From IMG/VR virus record IMGVR_UViG_3300045988_170111, positions 1-57,257 of that record: DNA of 57,257 bases; one strand, given 5' to 3'. The translations under genes were made by a program, and so were the position numbers. Shown one piece after another: positions 9,557 through 17,509 of the stretch; the first letter of the stretch is position 1, and the number at the start of each line of letters is the position of its first letter. Source of the stretch: a virus. Below the pieces are notes generated by a model. The model was given only the letters and a program-made list of their open reading frames with translations, searched no databases and had not been told where the DNA came from.

Positions 9557-9879
9557 CTCGCTGTCCAGCTTACGTTTCCCTCGGATTCCTCGGGTTCTTC
9601 GACCAGTGCCATAATCGGCTCGTTGTACATTTCTGCCAGCTTACCGATAAGCTCCTCCTTGTTCGTCATGTGGGAGAAGATTTCGTTGATAACTTCCTTC
9701 TTCTCGAAACGATGATGTGCGAGGAACGCACCTTCAAACAGTGCCGGAAGAGTGGACATGGGCTTGTTCTCGACCTCTGCCGCAACGAAGCCCTTCTTTT
9801 CCATTTCCGTAACCGTTCTGCGAGTGAACTCAAGGACATATTCTTTATCCTTGAAAGTGAATTTCAACTGCTTTGCCAT
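9550..9879 (-). CDS. tail assembly chaperone (G-like)
   Basis: 109-aa acidic ORF between the major tail and tape measure genes. Carries the slippery site near its 3' end. Confidence 0.75.
   Translation of the reverse strand: MAKQLKFTFKDKEYVLEFTRRTVTEMEKKGFVAAEVENKPMSTLPALFEGAFLAHHRFEKKEVINEIFSHMTNKEELIGKLAEMYNEPIMALVEEPEESEGNVSWTASW
9574..9580 (-). promoter_or_regulatory. -1 programmed ribosomal frameshift slippery heptamer G_GGA_AAC
   Basis: The 0-frame reads GAG GGA AAC, 8 codons before the stop of the G-like ORF. The -1 frame continues GGG AAA CGT AAG... without a stop into the T ORF. It matches the X_XXY_YYZ type used in phage G/GT genes. Confidence 0.6.
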
Positions 9880-9904
9880 GATGATTTATCCTCCTTATTT
9901 TTCC

Positions 9905-10330
9905 TTACTCTGCGTCCATGCTGATAACAGTAGACGGAGCGATAGTGATAGTCATTTCGACAACCTCATTCGTGCCGCCGCCGTTAGCATAAACAGACAG
10001 AGAGCCTTTGAACTTGAACTTACCGCTGTCACCAGTAGGAGTGACGGTATCGCCAGCTTCCGTACCACCGAACCAAACGGCGAACTCCTTCTCCGTACCT
10101 TCCAGTGCTTTCAGCTTCTTGTACTCATCGAGAGTGTAGTTCGCAGTGAACTCAAGAGAATCGAGGGACTGAATACCCGGAATGTAAGTCTGCATTTTGT
10201 CAGACAGAGTAGTAGTTTCCAGCATTTCCGGCGCACCGCCGAGGTCGGGAAACTCCTTAATGTCAATCAGCTTCTCCCATGTGGAAGTGTTCTTCTGCAT
10301 GAGAAAAATCTTGTAAGTGCTAATAGCCAT
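9905..10330 (-). CDS. major tail protein
   Basis: 141-aa ORF immediately upstream of the chaperone pair. Assignment is by position and size. Confidence 0.65.
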   Translation of the reverse strand: MAISTYKIFLMQKNTSTWEKLIDIKEFPDLGGAPEMLETTTLSDKMQTYIPGIQSLDSLEFTANYTLDEYKKLKALEGTEKEFAVWFGGTEAGDTVTPTGDSGKFKFKGSLSVYANGGGTNEVVEMTITIAPSTVISMDAE

Positions 10331-10336
10331 GCTTGT

Positions 10337-10741
10337 TTACCTCCTATAAATAGTTTTGTTTTTAGAGACGATAGCCCTGTATCGAGCCACCATTCTGTAA
10401 ACCGTTGCGTCTTCCTCGTTGGGAACAGGGTTCATAAGGGTTCGTGTGAAACCGAGTGCTTCCATCTTGGAATCAATGAGAGCGATGATTGCTTTACATT
10501 CAGTTTTCTTACCACTCGTTTTGTTAGAGTAGACATTCACCTCGTAAAGCACCTGTGCGTGGTTTTCGATACACCCGGAATCTCGAGTGTTTCGATAAAC
10601 TTGATTGTCTGTCTCAATGAGAGAGACACAAGGGAAGGAAGGTGGAGACTTGACATATTCGCCAGTCATATAGATTTTCGGGTATTTCTTTCGCACCTCT
10701 GCGGACACGATACTGAATACCTCTGTCTCAATGTCAATCAC
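10337..10741 (-). CDS. tail completion / neck protein
   Basis: 134-aa ORF overlapping the upstream gene by 4 nt. Positional assignment. Confidence 0.5.
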   Translation of the reverse strand: MIDIETEVFSIVSAEVRKKYPKIYMTGEYVKSPPSFPCVSLIETDNQVYRNTRDSGCIENHAQVLYEVNVYSNKTSGKKTECKAIIALIDSKMEALGFTRTLMNPVPNEEDATVYRMVARYRAIVSKNKTIYRR

Positions 10742-11271
10742 CCGAACACCTCCTTTGCGATAGACTGAATATCATTGCAAACGGTGGTGATTGCAAGAGC
10801 CATCGGCATACGAGCCGGAGTACCACGAGACAGCTTCAATTCGCCATTTTCGTAGAATCCCCAAACTTCTTTCTTGCCGTTACCCTTACCGAATCCACCG
10901 ATTGTCATTCCCAGTTCCGCACCGTGAGGGTGAGGGGACGAACCGGGAGAGCCATTATGATAGACACCAGCACCAAACTCAACCCACACAGCGTCTTCAC
11001 CACTTGCGACAACGACAGTGACCGACCCTCGATTGTCAACCGACACATCGACTTGTGCGTATCGTGGAGAAGTTTGCCCTCCTTTGAGAATCAGCTCGTC
11101 AACGATTGCACCGCTGAATCCGCTTTTCGCTTCATCAGCCAGCCGTTCGGCTACTTTCTCTCGGAGGAGTTCTGTTTTTCTAAGGATTTCTTGTTTGTAA
11201 TCAGCCAGCTCTTTCATAGCTCGGTTGATTTCACTCGTTGACAATCCGAATGAGATAACTTTTCTACCCAC
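10738..11271 (-). CDS. HK97 gp10-like head-tail joining protein
   Basis: 177-aa ORF. The N-terminus (GLSTSEINRAMKELADYKQE...) and gene order resemble the HK97 gp10 family. Confidence 0.55.
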   Translation of the reverse strand: MGRKVISFGLSTSEINRAMKELADYKQEILRKTELLREKVAERLADEAKSGFSGAIVDELILKGGQTSPRYAQVDVSVDNRGSVTVVVASGEDAVWVEFGAGVYHNGSPGSSPHPHGAELGMTIGGFGKGNGKKEVWGFYENGELKLSRGTPARMPMALAITTVCNDIQSIAKEVFG

Positions 11272-11671
11272 TGACAGTCACCTTGCTTATCGCAACCGAT
11301 ACGCTGTTCAAGCTCTTGGCTACCTTCTTGACGATATAATCGTGAGGAGTAATGACCTCACCATCATCGTTCGTAACCAAAGCCCCGGTTTCATCGACCT
11401 GTGGCGTTTTATCGACCCATAGCACTGTGTACTCGTCAATAGGGGGAGCGTCCGTCCCCATGACAATTACCTTGTCATAGCTCTCGCTTTCTCCAAACTG
11501 TCGGGTGCTTGTTTCACCCTTGGCGGCAGAGATATTAGCAGAGAACTCTACCGGGTTGTCTCGAATGATTTCATATTCCCCTGTAACATTTCCGTATTCG
11601 TCCGTCTTAGGGACTTTCTCTTTGTACAGAGCGTAGAAGAATTTGCTCTTGTTTCGTTCCATCATTCTCAT
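11264..11671 (-). CDS. head closure protein
   Basis: 135-aa ORF with overlapping start and stop codons relative to its neighbours. Positional assignment. Confidence 0.5.
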   Translation of the reverse strand: MRMMERNKSKFFYALYKEKVPKTDEYGNVTGEYEIIRDNPVEFSANISAAKGETSTRQFGESESYDKVIVMGTDAPPIDEYTVLWVDKTPQVDETGALVTNDDGEVITPHDYIVKKVAKSLNSVSVAISKVTVSG

Positions 11672-11994
11672 TTAATCACCCCCACATGAGGAGTAACCAC
11701 CTTGAGCATTGAGGAAGGAATATCAGCATTTTCATAGCTTCGGGAGATACCGTTCTCGGAATGAGAGGTCTGACCCTCCGCACCACGCTTGTTCAGCATA
11801 TAAGCGGCAATCTCGCATTGGAGAGTGTCATACTGTGCCGGAACTTCCGTTACGCTGGAATCATACGGATATGCTCGATTGATGATTTTACGACCAGCCA
11901 GTTTGAGATAGGTGGACAGCACTTCGTCACTGTCCGAACCACCGACCATCGCTTTGAGAGCAATCAGCTTTTCTTCCTCGGTCATGTTGTCCAC
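11668..11994 (-). CDS. head-tail connector (gp6-like)
   Basis: 108-aa ORF directly after the capsid gene. Positional assignment. Confidence 0.5.
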   Translation of the reverse strand: MDNMTEEEKLIALKAMVGGSDSDEVLSTYLKLAGRKIINRAYPYDSSVTEVPAQYDTLQCEIAAYMLNKRGAEGQTSHSENGISRSYENADIPSSMLKVVTPHVGVIK

Positions 11995-12003
11995 CTCCTT
12001 TAC

Positions 12004-12927
12004 TTAGGCAATCTCGTAGAAACCTTCGGTCTTCGGGTTGGTCTCGGGAGTACCGACGATGTAACCGCTGTCAGTCTTGGCGTAGTAAGTCTTCTCCTTG
12101 ACAGTAGTGTCCTCGGAGAGCTTTGCAGTACCCTTAATGACCTTAACCGCCTTAGTAGCGTCAGTCAGAGCCGCAAGATAATACTTACGAGACCAAATAG
12201 TGTTCTGACGAATATCGCCGTCACGGTCAGTCTCGACCTCGACACCCTTCTTGTTGAAGATGGTGACAGCCTTACGAGTAGCGACCACGATAGTACCCTT
12301 GAGAGCGTCCTTCTTGGTGTAAACATTCACACCAGCGACAGTACCGACATAGCCAGTACGAGCAAACGCTTCAACATACTTGAGGTCTTCTGCGAGGTTC
12401 TTACGAAGCTCGGCAGTATCGCTCGGGTTGATGAAAGCGAAGGTCTGCGGTGCAACAGTACCCGGGTCATTGTCAGTGCTTTCGATGTTCAGACTTGCCA
12501 CAGCGTCAGCGAAAGCGGCGAAATCATACTTGGATACAGGAACAACCAGCACAGCCTTCTTGAACTCCTCGTACACATCACCATTGACGGTATTGAACAT
12601 ATCAGTACCCATGTGGCGAGTGCCGACAGGAACAAGCATAGGGTCAGTCATTTCCTGTTCATCGAAATACTGGAACTTGTTCTGCGCCATCAGAATTTCG
12701 TACTCCTTCTGTGCGTAAGAAACTTCGATGGTCTTGGTGTTACCCTTACCCATTTTCAGCTTCTCCGTACCATTGGTAGCACTGTAAACATTGATTTTGC
12801 GCTTCATACCAGCAGTACCCACGAGAGAGTTATCAACAGTACAGAACTGCTGTAAATTGAGGTGGGAATTATACTGGTCTTCAATCTCATTAGAGAGATA
12901 GAAATTGTCATAAATCTTATGAGCCAT
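12004..12927 (-). CDS. major capsid protein
   Basis: 307-aa ORF following the scaffold gene with an ATG/stop overlap. Size and order are typical of an HK97-fold capsid. Confidence 0.8.
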   Translation of the reverse strand: MAHKIYDNFYLSNEIEDQYNSHLNLQQFCTVDNSLVGTAGMKRKINVYSATNGTEKLKMGKGNTKTIEVSYAQKEYEILMAQNKFQYFDEQEMTDPMLVPVGTRHMGTDMFNTVNGDVYEEFKKAVLVVPVSKYDFAAFADAVASLNIESTDNDPGTVAPQTFAFINPSDTAELRKNLAEDLKYVEAFARTGYVGTVAGVNVYTKKDALKGTIVVATRKAVTIFNKKGVEVETDRDGDIRQNTIWSRKYYLAALTDATKAVKVIKGTAKLSEDTTVKEKTYYAKTDSGYIVGTPETNPKTEGFYEIA

Positions 12928-13514
12928 TACTCATTACCTCCTGTTTCAGTAGTGTTGTAGAGGGCTTTATAGTCCTCGGGGTTCTTCACAGAATACTCAT
13001 AGCGTTCCTGTGGAGACATTTTGCGGAGCTTCTCAAGGGTCATTGCCTTGGAATCTCCGTCCGGGGTCGGTTTCGGTGTATCTTTAAGGGCTTCCGCACG
13101 AACCTTCTTCTCAACATTCTCAAGATGTTTCTTCTGATTAGCGAAGACCTTCTCAGTATCACCATCAGCCATAGCTTCTGCGGTAGCGTCAGCCAGCTTC
13201 TCCTCGTAACCCATACCAAGCAACTTAGCCTTGAACTTGGAGACCTCGCTTTCACGGAGCAACTTGTCGTACTTGGACTGCAACTCCTCACGTTCCTCCT
13301 GTTCCTTCTGCTTTTTCTGCTCGTCTTCGGTGAGCTTTTCGTTCAGCTCTTTCTTCTTAGCCGCCAGCTCGGAAGCAGTCTTATCGAAAACGTCCTTCTT
13401 TACATATCCGCTGTAATCGGGGTCTTCGGTCTCATACGCTTCAAGAGCGGCAATTTTCTGTTCCGGGGTCATGTCGGCGTAGCCGTCAATCTTGGAAATG
13501 TCAATCTTTGCCAT
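12927..13514 (-). CDS. scaffolding protein
   Basis: 195-aa E/K-rich coiled-coil ORF between the portal and capsid genes. Confidence 0.75.
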   Translation of the reverse strand: MAKIDISKIDGYADMTPEQKIAALEAYETEDPDYSGYVKKDVFDKTASELAAKKKELNEKLTEDEQKKQKEQEEREELQSKYDKLLRESEVSKFKAKLLGMGYEEKLADATAEAMADGDTEKVFANQKKHLENVEKKVRAEALKDTPKPTPDGDSKAMTLEKLRKMSPQERYEYSVKNPEDYKALYNTTETGGNE

Positions 13515-13528
13515 GTTGAAATCCTCCT

Positions 13529-13601
13529 GTCTTTTAATGTCTTCTGTGACAATGTTTGCGGTTTAAGTCTTCTCTGACTATTGCGATTTAAGGCTTCTCT
13601 G
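13529..13601 (-). repeat. three ~25-nt tandem repeats between the portal and scaffold genes
   Basis: Plus strand: TTGCGGTTTAAGTCTTCTCTG (13556-13576), TTGCGATTTAAGGCTTCTCTG (13581-13601) and a degenerate copy at 13529-13548. Confidence 0.7.
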
Positions 13602-13625
13602 CCTATATTCACAGCGGTAAACCGC

Positions 13626-15104
13626 TTAAATATCGTTATTGTCCGGGTCGTTATCATCGTCCCCGGAATCATCGGGAGCTGTCTTCTTAGTCAGTTCAGC
13701 GGCTTTCTGCTGTTGCTCCTCGTAATACTTCATGCTCATGGTGTAAGCAGATTCAGCGTCAGAGAACATTCCGCTGTGCTGGAACGCCAGCTGTGGGTGA
13801 ATCTTAGGCTCTTGGAGCATGGAGATAAGGACTTGAGACTTACTCTGAATAGCTTCATAGTTCCGGCGAGTGAACTTCATATCAATATCACTCAACTTGA
13901 GCGTGAGACCGCCGAGGTCTCGACAGATACGAAGAACCAGCTTGAGCATTTTCTTTTCTGCTCGCTTGAAGACATTCTCGCTGTCCTTTGCTCGAGCTTC
14001 TGCGTCAGACCAACCATCACGGAGCAACACGGCAGAACCAGTGTCACTCGTGGAAGAACCACCGTTACGGTTTGGCATACCGCAGATAGTGAGCATTGCG
14101 TTGTAGTAATCGTCTTTGAGGGTCTGCGATTGTGTCTGATTCAGCTCTGTGGTGACTACACCAACATCAGCGGCTTGTCCGTCCACGGACTTCACCTTGA
14201 TTGCGCCGAGCTGTAAGAACTCCTCGTATTCCTCCTTGGTAATGTCGCAGTTAATGAACTTAATAAAAGCCTGTACCAACTGCTCCATACCGTCCATACG
14301 GTTACTTTCCACATTGTTGATTGCGTCCAGTAGAGGAAGCACAATCTCAAAAGAACCGAGACGAGCATTGTTTCCCGGGTACTCGATAATCGGAATCATG
14401 TCGAGGGCATGAGGTTTGGATTCCACCAAAATGTCTCCGTCCACGAGGTAATAGCGATTCTCTGTGTAAATCGAGTAGTGGAAAATCTCGTTATCGTCCT
14501 TGCTGTACTTAACCGCCATCAGAGGCTTGTTACCGATTTCGTTTGAATACACAACGAAGGTGTCTCTCGGGTCGAGAGTGTAAAGCTCAAAAGGAGCTTC
14601 GTCTTCCTCACCCGGTTCATCGGGAAGGACAAGACGGAACGCTGTACCACAAATCATCTGCCACTCGACAAGCTCTTGGTCTTGAGCGGCTTTGTCCTCT
14701 GCGAACATATACTCGTTGAGGGTGTTAATCTGCTTTACGATTTCCTCGCCACCATTACGGCTGACGTACTGAATCGGTTCGCCACACAGATACCCAACCT
14801 TGAAGGACACGATTTCGTTTGCACGATTTTCGGTAATCTTATTGCAGATTTCAGGGCGAACGTCTTTGACACGGTTTCTGATTGGCTGGTCTCCACGGTA
14901 ATACTTCCACAGGTAGTCAATCTCACTGCGGTTCAAATCGTGAGTAGCAAGAGCCTTACGGAGAACATCGACCACGTTTTCGTCAGTGATTTCTGTTACG
15001 CTGGTCTTGATAATGCGCCGACCGCTCATAAATCGTGTCTGACTTAGATACTTCGGCTTGCTCTCGTCAATTTGATGTGCCACGTTCCTTCCTCCTTTCT
15101 GCAT
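13626..15104 (-). CDS. portal protein
   Basis: 492-aa ORF. A GTG at 15083 behind AAAGGAGG is the more likely start. Acidic C-terminal tail; lies downstream of TerL. Confidence 0.85.
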   Translation of the reverse strand: MQKGGRNVAHQIDESKPKYLSQTRFMSGRRIIKTSVTEITDENVVDVLRKALATHDLNRSEIDYLWKYYRGDQPIRNRVKDVRPEICNKITENRANEIVSFKVGYLCGEPIQYVSRNGGEEIVKQINTLNEYMFAEDKAAQDQELVEWQMICGTAFRLVLPDEPGEEDEAPFELYTLDPRDTFVVYSNEIGNKPLMAVKYSKDDNEIFHYSIYTENRYYLVDGDILVESKPHALDMIPIIEYPGNNARLGSFEIVLPLLDAINNVESNRMDGMEQLVQAFIKFINCDITKEEYEEFLQLGAIKVKSVDGQAADVGVVTTELNQTQSQTLKDDYYNAMLTICGMPNRNGGSSTSDTGSAVLLRDGWSDAEARAKDSENVFKRAEKKMLKLVLRICRDLGGLTLKLSDIDMKFTRRNYEAIQSKSQVLISMLQEPKIHPQLAFQHSGMFSDAESAYTMSMKYYEEQQQKAAELTKKTAPDDSGDDDNDPDNNDI

Positions 15105-15162
15105 ACAAAAAATGGGTGCATGACTGCTTGAGGTCTAAATTACCTCGTGCAATCATGCACCC
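15101..15162 (-). terminator. intrinsic terminator in the late-operon leader
   Basis: On the minus strand, GGGTGCATGA...TCATGCACCC forms a 10-bp outer stem with inner pairing. It is followed by ATTTTTTGT and lies about 20 nt before the portal RBS. Confidence 0.65.
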
Positions 15163-15189
15163 ATTCAAACTCGTTCTTTTTACCATATC

Positions 15190-15218
15190 ATAATACCACA
15201 ATATATAGTGGAAGTCAA
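15190..15218 (-). promoter_or_regulatory. candidate late promoter
   Basis: On the minus strand, TTGACT-17 nt-TATTAT with a TG at the extended -10 position. Lies between the TerL stop and the portal start. Confidence 0.6.
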
Positions 15219-15280
15219 TACGCTAACACACTATATGTTGATAATTATGTGGAAAGTGTGGATAACTCATACGACCTGTG

Positions 15281-16915
15281 TTACCACGGTCTCTGAAATA
15301 CCTCAACCTTTGCGCCGGACAGACTTTGTGCGAACTCTGCCAGCATAGCCATACCATCGGGAACATCATCGTGCTTGTTTTTACCAGCCACAGTGTAAGA
15401 GCCGAGCATATCCATCATACGACCGTAATCACTCTGACGTTTATACAGGCTATCGTCTTTGAACAGGCAGTGTTCCTTAACCCATGCACTGTTGACGATG
15501 ATTTTTGTCTCCTTATTGGCAGTAGTGAACTTGGTCGTAATGCGAGTGATACCTCCACGCTTCTTGACCTCATTCTGCACCTTTTCGGCAACACGACCAC
15601 CAGCGGAATTGCTCTCGAAACGGCACATTTTGACTTTACAGCGGAGCAGTATGTCAACCAATCGAGCGTCAACGATGTTCGGTAAGCTGTTATCACAGAC
15701 ACAATCGTCAATGTAGTAGTCATTACCGTACACATACGCCGCCGGGAGGAAAGCGTAGTCAGAACCCTTGTCCTTAGTATCGCAGATACCGATAATAGCG
15801 TCCGGGTCTTCTGCTGGAAGCTCAAAATATCGGCGCAGTTCGTCCACATCGTAGAGCAGACCCTCACGCTCGATAGGCTGATTCATAAACAAAGCCTTGA
15901 AAGACGCTTCATCAAGGTTGTTCCTCATATCCTCGAAATAGCGGCGGCTGAATCCGACACCGTAGGTGTAATTGAAATTACTCTCACCGTCTTCGTCCAG
16001 TGCCGGAAGGACAATGAACTTCGCTCGGGAATCACCACCGTACTGATTCTCCAATCGACCGATAACATCGTGGACAGACCATCGGGTAGCGATGTGGATT
16101 TCCTTTGCACCTTCCTTTTTTCGAGATTTAAGGTCATTGGTGTAGGCACTCCACAGCTTATCCAATCGCTCCTTACTCATAGCTTCCTCAATGCCGGAAC
16201 ACAAGTCATCGGCGTAGAGGATTTTGTCACATCGGGTAGCACCAGTAAGTGAAGCGTTGATTGCTCGACAGGTCAGAGTAGAGAAACGGTGCTTCTTGTG
16301 AAGGTCGATAGTTTCTTCCTTGGAGTTCGTTGCCGCCAACTTTACTCCCGGGAACACATCAGCCCACAGATACTCACTGTCAGTGATAATCTGATACACA
16401 CCATCGTAGAAGGAGCGTGTCAGCATACCCGAGTGAGCAGAAGCAAGGGACTGTGAATCCGGGAATCGACCCATGACCCACGACAGGAAGAAGATACCGA
16501 GGGTGGACTTACCAGTACCGGGCGGCATGGAAATCGTCAGTAAGTCCAGCCTATCGTCAATCAAATCTTGCATTGCCTGTACGACAGGGTGCATGACCTC
16601 ACGGCGAGGGACATAGAACTTCTTGTCCGGCTCACGTTCCCATTCGACATAGAGCAGATAGCTTTCAAAATCGAATGGGGCGGCGGCGAGCAGAACCTTC
16701 TTGTGAAGCATAAACAGGGAGCGAAGCTCCTTGTCTGTTTCAGACTGCGGAATCCGATTCTCGATAATGTCTGACAGCTTTTTCAGATACTCCACGGATA
16801 GGGGAATATCTGTCTTCTGTGTCTCAAGACAGATATGGTATAAATCCTCATAGGCTCTTACCCCGGAGGGTGTCTTTTTGATTTGCCCGAGAATTTTTTC
16901 AAGTAACTCTTTCAT
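15281..16915 (-). CDS. terL: terminase large subunit
   Basis: Starts MKELLEK behind a GGAGG RBS. Walker A-like PPGTGKST and a C-terminal nuclease-like region; upstream of the portal gene. Confidence 0.9.
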   Translation of the reverse strand: MKELLEKILGQIKKTPSGVRAYEDLYHICLETQKTDIPLSVEYLKKLSDIIENRIPQSETDKELRSLFMLHKKVLLAAAPFDFESYLLYVEWEREPDKKFYVPRREVMHPVVQAMQDLIDDRLDLLTISMPPGTGKSTLGIFFLSWVMGRFPDSQSLASAHSGMLTRSFYDGVYQIITDSEYLWADVFPGVKLAATNSKEETIDLHKKHRFSTLTCRAINASLTGATRCDKILYADDLCSGIEEAMSKERLDKLWSAYTNDLKSRKKEGAKEIHIATRWSVHDVIGRLENQYGGDSRAKFIVLPALDEDGESNFNYTYGVGFSRRYFEDMRNNLDEASFKALFMNQPIEREGLLYDVDELRRYFELPAEDPDAIIGICDTKDKGSDYAFLPAAYVYGNDYYIDDCVCDNSLPNIVDARLVDILLRCKVKMCRFESNSAGGRVAEKVQNEVKKRGGITRITTKFTTANKETKIIVNSAWVKEHCLFKDDSLYKRQSDYGRMMDMLGSYTVAGKNKHDDVPDGMAMLAEFAQSLSGAKVEVFQRPW

Positions 16916-16990
16916 AAATACCTCCAAACAAAAAGAGAGTACGTCACCGTTCAGAGAATTAAATCTCTGTGCGATAACGCACCCTCGTCA

Positions 16991-17101
16991 TTAAAATCTT
17001 TTTCTTCGTTTTCGTTTCCCTCGGTGGTGAGACTGCTCATTCATTTTCACAATCTCATAGAGTACCGCAAAGGGAAATATCAATATTGCCAGCACCCACA
17101 T
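16991..17101 (-). CDS. 36-aa single-pass membrane peptide with basic tail
   Basis: MWVLAILIFPFAVLYEIVKMNEQSHHRGKRKRRKRF, with a GAGGAA RBS 7 nt upstream. Starts 5 nt after the lipoprotein stop. Below the ORF-track size cutoff. Confidence 0.35.
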   Translation of the reverse strand: MWVLAILIFPFAVLYEIVKMNEQSHHRGKRKRRKRF

Positions 17102-17105
17102 AGGC

Positions 17106-17507
17106 TCATTCCTCTGTCAATGGGATTTCGACCTTCTTGCCGCCGGACAGCTCCACCGATACGGTAGAATCATCGTCAAGCTCGAACAACCACACCACAT
17201 CAGCGGTCGTGCCGCTCTGCACATTGGAATCACACTGCACATAGCCGTTGGTTCTGTCACCTGTCGGTACAAGCGGTGACAATTCGACACCGTTCTGAAA
17301 TGCCTTGACGGTCACTTCATCAGCCGGGACAGCAGTTTCGGAGCTGTCGTTAGTGTACTGCGTATAGACAGCCACACAATCGTACTGCTCGAGAACAGTG
17401 AGCTTTTCTCCGCTGACATACGAGACCTTGTGTTGTGGTTCAGCTCCACACCCGGAGACCGCCAGCATAAGCACTCCGGCAAGCATAATAGATAGCATTT
17501 TCTTCAT
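17106..17507 (-). CDS. secreted lipoprotein (possible superinfection exclusion)
   Basis: 133-aa ORF with signal peptide plus lipobox (LAVSGC) and a beta-rich mature domain. Start overlaps the recombinase stop region. Confidence 0.75.
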   Translation of the reverse strand: MKKMLSIMLAGVLMLAVSGCGAEPQHKVSYVSGEKLTVLEQYDCVAVYTQYTNDSSETAVPADEVTVKAFQNGVELSPLVPTGDRTNGYVQCDSNVQSGTTADVVWLFELDDDSTVSVELSGGKKVEIPLTEE

Positions 17508-17509
17508 TT

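Noticed and set aside
9752-12855. Long plus-strand ORFs 9752-10768 and 11761-12855, and the plus-strand ORFs inside the tape measure gene (5466-6206, 5989-6753, 6898-7458)
   Set aside because: They are antisense to the tightly packed minus-strand structural genes. The tape measure shadows are Pro/Ala/Arg-rich mirror images of its Gly/Ala repeats.
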